The notes under the pieces are model-generated. The model saw only the letters and a program-made list of their open reading frames with translations. It was not told where the DNA came from and ran no database searches. From an uncultured virus (IMG/VR IMGVR_UViG_3300050821_011071) (Duplodnaviria; Heunggongvirae; Uroviricota; Caudoviricetes), in IMG/VR virus record IMGVR_UViG_3300050821_011071: DNA of 64,000 nucleotides; one strand, written 5' to 3'. This document shows positions 48,048 to 56,745 of the stretch, piece by piece; positions within the stretch are counted from its first letter, which is position 1; every line of letters starts with the position of its first letter. The position numbers and the translations under genes were made by a program.

Positions 48048-49051
48048 TTTCCGTTTATGTTCTCAATTACGCTAGGTAGTAAATCCAGCATGGTTGGCTT
48101 GACTTCTCTACCGAGAATGACATCAACCAGTCGGCGGCCTTCCGCCAAACTTACTTGAAATCCGGCTGCGTTCAAATGACCTCCGCCTCCATATTTCTTC
48201 GCGACTGCGCTGACATCGAAACTGCCGATGCTGCGAAGCGAGAACTGGATGATGCCGTCGCCGCGCTCGAACCATGTTAGGCTATAACTACCAGCAGACG
48301 TAATCGCATTCGCCATAATATGAGCCGCTTTTGCAATCTCCATTCCGATTTCACTACAGTTCAGATAAGGCACATTGAGGACGCCGACAAAATTCCCATC
48401 AAGTTCTCCAAACTGAACTTGCTTGACGGCTTCGCGAACATAGTGGTCAATGTGGGCTTTTGCTCCGGTGCCGCGAAGGAAGGCTGTGTACGGGTCAATC
48501 TTGTCGAGGAATTCCCATTTCTCAAATTCAAACTCCAGTGTGCCAAGATAGGCGCAAACCTCGCGACTATTTTCAAGTTTCCAATTCCAAAGGTCGCGGT
48601 CCTCAACGTAGTTCACATACCACGGACGCGGGGCGGAAAGCTCTTTGCCGATAAACAGTGGGTCGTCCCATTGCCCCCATCTGAAGTCTTCGTAACCAAA
48701 AAGATAATCCCACGCCAGCCCGGCTCCCGAGCGCGTCATATCAAATGTGGCATAAGACGCGCCTTCGAGAACCTCTCGGGCGGACTTATGGTGGTCGAGG
48801 ATGCGAAGAAGTTTTGCGCTAGCAGCCAGCGCGTCGTTCTCTTCGCGAGTGCGGAGGGAGAAATCAAGCATCAAGACGCGCTTGCCTTCGGCCTTCTTCA
48901 AATTTTCAGTGTGGTCGGCTCCGTGGTCAAGAAAGATTACCTCGGCTTCCGGGTAACGACGCTTAGCAATCATTGCGGCGACAAATCCGTCCGGACAATG
49001 CGAATGGCTATAGATAATATCCATTATTTGAGCCTCCAAATATCGTTCCAT
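48035..49051 (-). CDS. DHH/DHHA1 phosphoesterase
   Basis: H..CPDG; LDFS; LDHH; SGAGLAW; EDRDLW; FSLRS; GGGGHLNAAGF. Confidence 0.9.
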   Translation of the reverse strand: MERYLEAQIMDIIYSHSHCPDGFVAAMIAKRRYPEAEVIFLDHGADHTENLKKAEGKRVLMLDFSLRTREENDALAASAKLLRILDHHKSAREVLEGASYATFDMTRSGAGLAWDYLFGYEDFRWGQWDDPLFIGKELSAPRPWYVNYVEDRDLWNWKLENSREVCAYLGTLEFEFEKWEFLDKIDPYTAFLRGTGAKAHIDHYVREAVKQVQFGELDGNFVGVLNVPYLNCSEIGMEIAKAAHIMANAITSAGSYSLTWFERGDGIIQFSLRSIGSFDVSAVAKKYGGGGHLNAAGFQVSLAEGRRLVDVILGREVKPTMLDLLPSVIENINGKCVK

Positions 49052-49108
49052 CTTTTGTACAACAAATATGCCGCTCCAACTGCCAGTATTGCGAACGTCA
49101 TAAACTTC

Positions 49109-49741
49109 TTATGCCACCAAACCATTGTTGATTCTCCGACTCACGTCCGTGATACGGTTAATCAACTTACGATTTTTGCGTACATCTTTACGCATTTTGC
49201 GAAAGGCTAGTCTGCGGGCCTTGGTGATTCGTGCTTTGTAGCCTTCTGAGTTCTCGTCCGGGTCGCCTTGAAAGAACTCGCGAACCAGCTTAACGAACAT
49301 CAGCTTAGTGTGAGCGATGTGTGGGTGCTTGCGCTTCTTGGCGAATGCCGCGGCTCCGAAGACAGCCTTTGGAAACTGTTTCTTTGGTGGCTGTGCGCGC
49401 AAGCCTTGTTCGATTTGCTCCGGCAAAGGCACAGTTGCCAGTATATCGACTTTTTCGCCGGTCTCCAAATCCTCTTCGGTGTGCAAATATTTGAAAGTCT
49501 GAGCACACTGTGGTGCGCGGTGCCGGGTCTTGCAAACTTGGCACTTAAGCATCTTGCCGAGTTCCGGGTGGCGCTCAGAAAAGCTTCGGCCTTCGATGTC
49601 CGTGAGGGTCGCAGCTACCAACGCCTGAAGTTCCGGGGAAGGCGGTGCTAGGTTAATCTCCCCGGACGCATCTTGAACCGAAGCCGGGTCAAATTTGGTG
49701 TGGAAAGAATCAACTCCGTTGAATTGTTCTTGTTCAGTCAT
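49109..49741 (-). CDS. Hypothetical basic protein (210 aa)
   Basis: Co-oriented ORF; CxxC..H...C. Confidence 0.6.
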   Translation of the reverse strand: MTEQEQFNGVDSFHTKFDPASVQDASGEINLAPPSPELQALVAATLTDIEGRSFSERHPELGKMLKCQVCKTRHRAPQCAQTFKYLHTEEDLETGEKVDILATVPLPEQIEQGLRAQPPKKQFPKAVFGAAAFAKKRKHPHIAHTKLMFVKLVREFFQGDPDENSEGYKARITKARRLAFRKMRKDVRKNRKLINRITDVSRRINNGLVA

Positions 49742-49752
49742 AAGTTTCTTTC

Positions 49753-50217
49753 TTAGAACTTAAATCCCGCGTGCTTAAAGGCCGCGGTGATGCGAGCTTT
49801 GAACTCATCGAACTCTCTTACAGTCACATAGCTAACTGGGCCCGTAATATCAGGAGACGACCAACCCGAAAATGTGCTTGTTGGGTCAAAAGGCTTGCCT
49901 TTCGCTGGGTCATTCTTGGTGTCCTCGATTGCGTCTGCCGCCACGTTTTCAAGCATGGCATTAACTTCGGGAGTCGTCAACATTTCATTCAGGGCCGCGT
50001 CAAGCTGGGCGTCGTCTTCTGCTTCTGCGGCAACATTGGCGAGGGCTGCGTCGACTTCGGGGGATTCGAGAGACTGATTGATGGCCGTGTCTAGCTGTTC
50101 GTCGCTGGGGACGACAGCTTCCGCAAAGGGGCTCGGGGAAGGAAAATCCTTGGGCTTCCAATGCTTCGCCCAGTCGTTTGGTTCTGCTGCCTTACCGTCT
50201 TTGTTTTCTTCGCTCAT
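49753..50217 (-). CDS. Acidic hypothetical protein with internal repeat (154 aa)
   Basis: Two copies of D.QLD.A.N..L..PEV.A.L.NVAA.A. Confidence 0.6.
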   Translation of the reverse strand: MSEENKDGKAAEPNDWAKHWKPKDFPSPSPFAEAVVPSDEQLDTAINQSLESPEVDAALANVAAEAEDDAQLDAALNEMLTTPEVNAMLENVAADAIEDTKNDPAKGKPFDPTSTFSGWSSPDITGPVSYVTVREFDEFKARITAAFKHAGFKF

Positions 50218-50408
50218 TAAATTGTTCTCCTCAAAGCTCTAGCTCGCATAGCGGCATGGGCTAGCTGATTTCTGAAATCAATGTGGTCGATGCCGGGGAA
50301 GCTAGCTTTAATAACTGCCGTAGGAAGCGTCTCAGCTAATTTATCAAGGTTTTCTGCTACGCGCCTCAGTTGTTGTCTTTCTTTAAATCTTGCGAACATT
50401 CCCATCAA
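50217..50408 (-). CDS. Hypothetical protein (63 aa)
   Basis: Overlapping stop/start codons at both ends. Confidence 0.5.
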   Translation of the reverse strand: MMGMFARFKERQQLRRVAENLDKLAETLPTAVIKASFPGIDHIDFRNQLAHAAMRARALRRTI

Positions 50409-50977
50409 ATTGCTCTCCCGTAATCGAAGTCTCTGCCTTGTCCGGTCGCTCGGTCATTCGCGGGCTCCGGCTTAATGCAGGGTATCCTATCTTTCCCAAC
50501 GAAACATCTCGCGTCTAAAATCAATCTGCCATATTCTTCAATTCTCTCCGCGGCTTCCTTCACGCCTTCGACATACGCGAGCTCGATATGCTCACTCTCG
50601 ATTGTGGCGACGCGAGGCGTCTTTGGTGCCAGCCACTTTCGCTTTTTCTTCTCGTCCGGGTCGACCGATTCGCTACTCGTATAAACTATGTCGGTACCGG
50701 GGATATTATCCGTGAAATTGACCGTCTGCTTCCCGGAGCCGCCGCACTGAGCACATTTCTTGACCTCGGGGTCCGCATTACATAGAGAACATGTAACTTC
50801 CTGCGTTCCTCGTTTCCTTTCGACGACTATCCAGCTAGCTTCCCCGCTCTTTACCAGCTTCGTGGCCGCCGCTAAGCTTATGAATTTACGGCATCTGCAC
50901 TTTTTTGCTGGCGGTTCTTGCTCGCCTAAAACCACCGACTCTTGGCCAGTGCAATAATGCACCTTCGACACGTTCAT
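50405..50977 (-). CDS. Hypothetical protein with zinc-finger-like CxxC..CxxCxGxG (190 aa)
   Basis: CSLC...CAQCGGSG. Confidence 0.6.
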   Translation of the reverse strand: MNVSKVHYCTGQESVVLGEQEPPAKKCRCRKFISLAAATKLVKSGEASWIVVERKRGTQEVTCSLCNADPEVKKCAQCGGSGKQTVNFTDNIPGTDIVYTSSESVDPDEKKKRKWLAPKTPRVATIESEHIELAYVEGVKEAAERIEEYGRLILDARCFVGKDRIPCIKPEPANDRATGQGRDFDYGRAI

Positions 50978-51006
50978 AAGGTCCCCTAGAACATAACTCC
51001 CACTGA

Positions 51007-51402
51007 CTAGGATTGTGGGGCATTGGTTCTAGGGCGGCCTATCCTTCCCGAACGGGGGCCGCTGCCATCAGCGCGCAAGCCGGAGGCTGCCCGGCGAATA
51101 GCTCGGATGGTGCTTCGCACTTGGTCCGGGGTCAATCCCATTTCGTGCGCCACTTGAGTATGCGTATATCCGGTTCGAAAGTACAGTTGAATGATACGCC
51201 CCCAGCGCCCGGCTGCCTCGCGTTGGTGCGTATTCGTACGCAGCTTAGGAAACGATTGAAGAAGAATCTTCTGGACTTTCTTGTCGTTATTCACCCAGCT
51301 CGGGGTGTCGTGTTTATACTCGCGAGCCTTGACGACTTGCCACCCGCCTTGAGCGAAACCGCCGTCGACTTGATTTTTTAAACTCTTGGACGCTGTACTC
51401 AT
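51007..51402 (-). CDS. HTH protein (sigma region-4-like)
   Basis: IIQLYF..GYTHTQVAHEMGLT..QVRS.I. Confidence 0.6.
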   Translation of the reverse strand: MSTASKSLKNQVDGGFAQGGWQVVKAREYKHDTPSWVNNDKKVQKILLQSFPKLRTNTHQREAAGRWGRIIQLYFRTGYTHTQVAHEMGLTPDQVRSTIRAIRRAASGLRADGSGPRSGRIGRPRTNAPQS

Positions 51403-51671
51403 TCGCCCCTGCGCAGAACTTTAAGAATTTCCTTTTCCTTCGGGTGGCCTTTGACAGCCACCTTTGCCTTTCTCATAAACTTGGCGGCCTTTGTTTGTAC
51501 TTCCTTATCGTCAGTCGTTTTTCTCGCGCGGCCTTTGTTTGCGTTAGACCGACTAGCTGCTCTGCCGTTTACAAATTGCTGCGGGTCACTGCCTTTTCCT
51601 ATGTCGCGGTCGAACTGATGCTCTTGAAAAAACACTTCTTGTGGTGCGGGTGGGAGTTTAGTTACCTTCAT
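51399..51671 (-). CDS. Hypothetical basic protein (90 aa)
   Basis: ATGA overlaps. Confidence 0.55.
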   Translation of the reverse strand: MKVTKLPPAPQEVFFQEHQFDRDIGKGSDPQQFVNGRAASRSNANKGRARKTTDDKEVQTKAAKFMRKAKVAVKGHPKEKEILKVLRRGE

Positions 51672-52885
51672 TCGGCCTCGTTGTCTTGCTCTGCGAACAA
51701 ATCATCGACGGTTTCCTCGTCTGTCTTTGTGAAGTTCAATTTCTTAAATGCTTCGTCGCCTAATACGAATGCTTGGAAGTACGGGTCGCTCCGGTCGTCG
51801 TGCGGGTAGCGGATGCCAAAAGTGTTCGGGTATCCTTTACCGCCAGCGCTGTGTTTCTTCCACGCGTTCACGATGTTAACGATTTGACGTTCTGCGATTG
51901 CGCCCGCATCGTTAGCTGATTCAACACTAACATAACCCGCGTTAAATTGCAAGCGTTGTTTTGTAACAATCTCCGCGGGCACCGAAACTCCGTTGGTCTT
52001 GAGCCACTCATCACGACGCGCCTTGGCGACTTTCGTTTGCTCAGTCTTGCCGTCTTCCTTCTTTCCTTGAGCTTTCTCCATTTCCTCAATCATGAAATCA
52101 TTGGCTACAAGAATTAAATCTTCGTCATTGACTTGAGCGACTACGGCCTCGGCACCGGCCTTGAAGATTCCGGCGTCTTCCAAGAGCGTAACCGAAGAGC
52201 CCTTTTGATACGAGCGCCCTTTTTTGACGAACCAAAGAAGACCAACGTCGCGTATCCCGCTGAGCCAACTGTAACGTCGCAGTTGAGTATCGAACGCAGC
52301 GATGCCATAAGATTCGGGGAAATCTTGTCCAGCAGTTTTGATATCAACGATGACCGGACGAAAAGGACCGTACTCGGGCCTCCAATCGAGTCTCGGAAGC
52401 ATAGGATGTTGGGGGTCGACATACGCGACGATGTCGAGCTTGCCCGCGTCTTCGATTTCTCCATAGTTCGGGTCATTGGGAAATACCTCTTTCGCATATT
52501 CGCGTTGAAACAAAGTGTTGCCGCCTAGCGGAATCGGGAGGCTGGGCTGACGAATCATATAAAGCTTGAGCCACTCGATGCCGATTTGCAAGCAGTTCGC
52601 CCAATCCTTCTCGACCTTGGTATATTGTAGCTCGTTGTTGCTGACGTGCGCCATCCACTCTTGACGGAAGCGGTCGATAGCGCCTTCGCCATTGTGCTCG
52701 TGGTAGTGCTGAATGGCGGTTTCGAATGCTTTACCGAGCTCGAAACGCGCTTTGTTATTCTTCTCTTTCCATCCAAGCACCTTTTGAAGGAAATATTTAA
52801 GCGCGCACTGGTCGAACGTGTTGCCCGCCGAGTAACTGTGGCGTCGCCACGGGTTGCCTTTCGAATTGATGTAAAGAAAAGCCAT
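51668..52885 (-). CDS. PD-(D/E)xK nuclease (AddB/Cas4-like exonuclease)
   Basis: SYS...FDQC..KYF; G..F...I; GKLD...IVDIKT...QL..Y. Confidence 0.8.
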   Translation of the reverse strand: MAFLYINSKGNPWRRHSYSAGNTFDQCALKYFLQKVLGWKEKNNKARFELGKAFETAIQHYHEHNGEGAIDRFRQEWMAHVSNNELQYTKVEKDWANCLQIGIEWLKLYMIRQPSLPIPLGGNTLFQREYAKEVFPNDPNYGEIEDAGKLDIVAYVDPQHPMLPRLDWRPEYGPFRPVIVDIKTAGQDFPESYGIAAFDTQLRRYSWLSGIRDVGLLWFVKKGRSYQKGSSVTLLEDAGIFKAGAEAVVAQVNDEDLILVANDFMIEEMEKAQGKKEDGKTEQTKVAKARRDEWLKTNGVSVPAEIVTKQRLQFNAGYVSVESANDAGAIAERQIVNIVNAWKKHSAGGKGYPNTFGIRYPHDDRSDPYFQAFVLGDEAFKKLNFTKTDEETVDDLFAEQDNEAE

Positions 52886-53268
52886 TATTCGTTCCTTGGG
52901 TCAGTAAAGGTGAAATGCCCGTCGATGCGGTACTCATCGTACTTGTCGGGGTCTTCTGTGTCTTCATCCTCGGCCCACTTGTAAAACTCGTCGAGTTCCT
53001 CGACCTTGATGAAGTACTCGTGACCGCTGTTGTCGCCTCCGATTGCGTATCGCTGTGGTTCTTTGGTTTTTTCTACAGTCTTCTTTTTCGTTGGTTTATT
53101 CTCCGGCATCGGCTTTCGTCCTAAGTCGGCTACGAAAGGCGAACAGTCGCAAACGTCTCCTGCTGCGTCAAGACCGCCACATTTCATTTCTGGGCCGCTG
53201 TGCATCGCGCCACTGTGCGGGCAACGAAGGCAATAATAGTTAGGAATTTTCTTCGCCATAAATCTCAA
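52885..53268 (-). CDS. Hypothetical protein (127 aa)
   Basis: Cys/His-rich N-terminus, acidic C-terminus. Confidence 0.5.
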   Translation of the reverse strand: MRFMAKKIPNYYCLRCPHSGAMHSGPEMKCGGLDAAGDVCDCSPFVADLGRKPMPENKPTKKKTVEKTKEPQRYAIGGDNSGHEYFIKVEELDEFYKWAEDEDTEDPDKYDEYRIDGHFTFTDPRNE

Positions 53269-54838
53269 TCTCCTCTGAAAAGTCGTTCAAAAACTGGCTC
53301 GGCGAGCCGTAAAAGCTGATGTCAAGCGTATCCGCGGCCCGAGAGCATGCGACAAAAAAGATGCGGTGTTCTTCCAGCAGCTCTCCGTCCTTATGTGGCA
53401 TCAGTCCCTGTTTTACGCCGATAACGAAAACGTGCTTCCACTCCCGGCCCTTGGCTTGGTGCACCGTCGTTAGGCTGAGCGAAGGCTTCTTGTCACTCTT
53501 CGCCCCGAAGGTGAGCTTGCGGAGCCACGTTAAGAACTCCGGGACGGTCCCGCGCTTTGCGCTCATTTTAATGATGTCGTTCAGGTTCTCGATTGGGTCT
53601 TTCTCCATCGGGGAGCCTGAGTTGCGGTACACGTAAGCTAAGTTATGCGTCTCCATCAATTGCTTCATCACTTCGTGTGCCGGTCGGTCACCGAATCCAC
53701 TACCCTGCTCTTTCGTGAGCTCTAGGAGGTGGCGGACCTCGTTTTGCTCCCAGACATTCTTGCGCCCGAGTATCTTCGACTTGAGGTTTCGAGCCATCGC
53801 CATCTTTTGAACGGTCATGAGCTGGCGATTCGTGCGCGCGATAATAGCTGTGTTCGCCGGGTCGGTCACGCACCCGAGCACAATTGACGCTTCCTCAATT
53901 TCATCTCCGAATTTGGTGATGGTCGGGTCAACTCCTTCTTCTCGCATCGAAACCATGTGACTCGCTAACCCGTTGTCGACCGGGATTGTTCGTTTAAAAA
54001 AGGCGACAAGTCGTTGAGTAGAGCGGTAATTTTGTCCAAGATAAAGAGTCTTTGCTCCGGGGAAGGTCCGGGAGAAATTTGAAAGATTCCCAGATTGTGC
54101 CGAGCGCCATTCATAGATAAGCTGATTCTCGTCCCCGACGACGAAAATATTTCCATTATATATGAGTTGGAGGAGTCTAAATTGGACCACGTCCGTATCT
54201 TGGCATTCATCGACGCTGATGTACTTTCGTTTATTTCTTTCTCTGACTTCATCGTTTGTCTCCAATAACTTAACTGCTTCCTTCATCAGTCCATGAAAAT
54301 CAAGCCACCCTTGCTCGCGACTTTTCTTCTCGTAATCTCGGTACGCGGCAGCGTAAAAGTACTCCGTACCTTTGAGGTTGTGGCTCTCTTCAATCGCGCG
54401 GTCCGGGTCAATGTTCCCGCTCTGCCACTCCTCAATTTTGCTCTTGAGTGAGTTGAAAGTGGTGATGGGCGGGTACAATTTCATCAAATCTTTGATGAGC
54501 TGAAACTGCTCCCCGCGGACCGGGATGATAGTATCGCAAAGCTCGAATCCAACGTGCTCTCGCTCGCGTTGCAAAAGGTCGAGGGCGAAGCTGTGGAAAG
54601 TTCGGAATATTTCTTTAGCGTCAAGCATGCCGGTTCGTTCGACCATTTCGGTGGCCGCTGAATTCGTGAACGTCAGGTTCAGGATATCTTTTTGCGGGAT
54701 GCCGTGTTTCGTAATCATCCCCATGTATCGCTGAATCAGCGTGGCGGTCTTGCCTGAGCCCGGGCCCGCGATACAAACATAGTCGCCATTGACTGCGTCC
54801 GCTACGATTTGTTGGTCCGGATTAAGATTTAAGAACAC
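53240..54838 (-). CDS. UvrD/Rep/PcrA-like SF1 helicase (532 aa)
   Basis: LNPDQ; AGPGSGKT; TFTN.AA.EM; TFHSF; DECQD; VGDENQ.IY.WR; NYRS; TVHQAKGREW; EE.RIFFVACSRA. Confidence 0.93.
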   Translation of the reverse strand: MFLNLNPDQQIVADAVNGDYVCIAGPGSGKTATLIQRYMGMITKHGIPQKDILNLTFTNSAATEMVERTGMLDAKEIFRTFHSFALDLLQREREHVGFELCDTIIPVRGEQFQLIKDLMKLYPPITTFNSLKSKIEEWQSGNIDPDRAIEESHNLKGTEYFYAAAYRDYEKKSREQGWLDFHGLMKEAVKLLETNDEVRERNKRKYISVDECQDTDVVQFRLLQLIYNGNIFVVGDENQLIYEWRSAQSGNLSNFSRTFPGAKTLYLGQNYRSTQRLVAFFKRTIPVDNGLASHMVSMREEGVDPTITKFGDEIEEASIVLGCVTDPANTAIIARTNRQLMTVQKMAMARNLKSKILGRKNVWEQNEVRHLLELTKEQGSGFGDRPAHEVMKQLMETHNLAYVYRNSGSPMEKDPIENLNDIIKMSAKRGTVPEFLTWLRKLTFGAKSDKKPSLSLTTVHQAKGREWKHVFVIGVKQGLMPHKDGELLEEHRIFFVACSRAADTLDISFYGSPSQFLNDFSEEIEIYGEENS

Positions 54839-56041
54839 TTACTTGGTCACTCCAATTGCGCGGTCGATGTACTGAACCAGCGCTTGCGCCCCGTTCGTCT
54901 TGGTGTAGTTGTCAAGGAAGTCGAACAAATCTTCCCATTGAGCCAAGCTGAGAGAGTTCATATCTCCCGCGCCTGTGTGCGTGGTGGCGAACTTGCGCAT
55001 CTTCATCGTGGGGCCGCCGATATTTTCGCTTGGCAGCATTCCGCCCTTCGGGAGCACGTCGTTGTAGTACACCCGGAGGCGTTCGCGGAATTCTTTCGCT
55101 TTCTCAGGGTCGAGAGCGGCTGTCGGCGGAGCAGAGGGGGGCGCAACCGATGCCTGTGCCGGAACCGGCTGCGCCTTCTCGACCGCGACCGCGGGAGGTG
55201 CCGACACAGGAACCTCAATCGCGGGGGTCGAAACTTGTGGTGTCAAAGATGGTGTCACAGGCTCTTGGCCGGGACTGGCAATCGAGACTGTGTTGCGACG
55301 AGCTCGCGTTCGCTTTTGTTTCGCCGGAGCCGCTGGTGCCAAGTTAGGCGGGTCGGAAATACCATAACCCGCGGGTTCTCCCGGCATTGATTTTGCCATA
55401 AGTTGCGCCTTGGCTTCGTCGCGAAGGGCTTGCTGGGCGGCGCTAAATTCTTCCGGGGTTTGGTCTATGGTAGTTTTGATTGGCTCCGAATTTGGAGTTA
55501 TATCTCGGCCCGGAGAGGCGTTTGTGGACGTCGGAGGGGCGGGCGGTGGGATGACCATAGGACTGCCTGCTAAAACGGCTCCTGAAGCCGCGGGAGGGCC
55601 GTCCGTAAGCAATTGGAGGCGAACCTCAGATTCGTCCAAAAGACCGTGCCCGGCGAACTGTAGGGCCAATCTGCGCAAGCCCCGGGTACTGGCGGTCATT
55701 ACTGCGCTGGCGAGCCGTTCGCCTCGTAAACCCTCGGTTGCCGCTGAACCTATAGAAATCTCTCTTCGACCGGCCTTATTGGTGCCTTCTACTTCAAAAC
55801 TCACAAATCCCGGGCCGTCTTCTCGGGTCATTTTAGTGACACTCACACCGTGAATTTCTCGGAGAAGTTCGGTAGCGTTTCGTTTAGCGTACAAAACAAG
55901 GCCACGCATGCCATCTTCTTGAACCATCCAGAAATAATCTAACATTCCTAGTGCCGGGTCTGGGTCAAGACCAACCGCTTTGCAAACCGCCGCGCGGTGC
56001 GCTTCTCTCTGTTCGTTTGTTAGCTCGCTTAAATTTGCCAT
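54839..56041 (-). CDS. Probable single-strand annealing/recombination protein with Pro/Ala linker (400 aa)
   Basis: VC..VGLDP...LYA...A.E.LR...LA.A.M.A.T...RR..L pattern reminiscent of Bet/RecT-like proteins; adjacent to helicase and exonuclease. Confidence 0.5.
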   Translation of the reverse strand: MANLSELTNEQREAHRAAVCKAVGLDPDPALGMLDYFWMVQEDGMRGLVLYAKRNATELLREIHGVSVTKMTREDGPGFVSFEVEGTNKAGRREISIGSAATEGLRGERLASAVMTASTRGLRRLALQFAGHGLLDESEVRLQLLTDGPPAASGAVLAGSPMVIPPPAPPTSTNASPGRDITPNSEPIKTTIDQTPEEFSAAQQALRDEAKAQLMAKSMPGEPAGYGISDPPNLAPAAPAKQKRTRARRNTVSIASPGQEPVTPSLTPQVSTPAIEVPVSAPPAVAVEKAQPVPAQASVAPPSAPPTAALDPEKAKEFRERLRVYYNDVLPKGGMLPSENIGGPTMKMRKFATTHTGAGDMNSLSLAQWEDLFDFLDNYTKTNGAQALVQYIDRAIGVTK

Positions 56042-56062
56042 TCAAAATCTCCTAAAAATTAA

Positions 56063-56702
56063 ATCTTGTCTTTTCATGTCCCGTAATATCCCGTTCGGCC
56101 CCGTGCCGTCTCATCGCTTCATTTCGTGTCAAAAGAAATTTTTAATCTCGTCTTATTTCGTCCTGCCGTATCGTGTCCCACGCCGTCCCGTGCTATCGCA
56201 TCCCGCCAAAGAGCAGGAGAAAACCGCCGAAGCGGCTTTCCTCTATTCTTGTTTTACCGCGCTGCGCCGAACCATATCCCACTAAATCGCATCGTATAAT
56301 ATCTCGTCTTAAGAAAATTTTGGTCTTGTCCTGTTTTACCTTGTCCAATTGAATCCCGTCGTATAATGTCGGTTCCCGTCATGTCCTGAGAAAATTTTGG
56401 TCTTGTCTCATTCTATCTTATCTAATCGAACCACGTTTTGTCATTTCCCGCCAATTCGTATCATGAGAATTTTTTTTTGTCTTATCTTGTTATGCCCCGT
56501 TATACCAAATTAAATCTTATTTCGTCGTACCTTGCCGCGAGAAAATTTTAGTCTTGTCGTAGCTCATCGGGCCGATTCGGATTCTATCATGTCCGGTCAT
56601 TTCCTGTCGGGTCATAAGAAAATTTTGGTCTTATCTTGTTTAATCGCATTGAGTCTGGTCCCGCCGGGTCCTGTTACATCAAGTCTCGTTCAGTCCTGTC
56701 GT
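56063..56702 (-). repeat. Non-coding array of 8 units, each 12-15 (NN-GAY) pentamers, separated by a conserved CAAAATTTTCT-like linker; putative guide-RNA array
   Basis: Units (+ coordinates, pentamer count): 56063-56132 (14), 56145-56209 (13), 56246-56310 (13), 56323-56387 (13), 56400-56464 (13), 56479-56538 (12), 56551-56615 (13), 56628-56702 (15). Linkers on + read RAGAAAATTTTR. Confidence 0.9.
56215..56244 (-). other. cUUCGg-capped hairpin inside the array
   Basis: Minus strand AGAGGAAAGCCGC-TTCG-GCGGTTTTCTCCT. Confidence 0.75.
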
Positions 56703-56710
56703 ATAAAGAA

Positions 56711-56732
56711 GGCGGCCTCTGAACAGGCCGCC
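56711..56732 (-). other. GC-rich hairpin between the RAMP-like stop codon and the array
   Basis: GGCGGCCT-N6-AGGCCGCC perfect 8-bp stem. Confidence 0.75.
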
Positions 56733-56745
56733 CACCCTGTCAGAC

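Noticed and set aside
48320..49210. 296-aa plus-strand ORF
   Set aside because: Antisense shadow of the DHH phosphoesterase gene.
56063..56702. Canonical CRISPR array or TIGR-type array
   Set aside because: The constant part is only about 12-20 nt, and the intervening sequence is itself period-5 patterned rather than free spacer. No cas1/cas2/cas6 or Nop-domain gene is adjacent.
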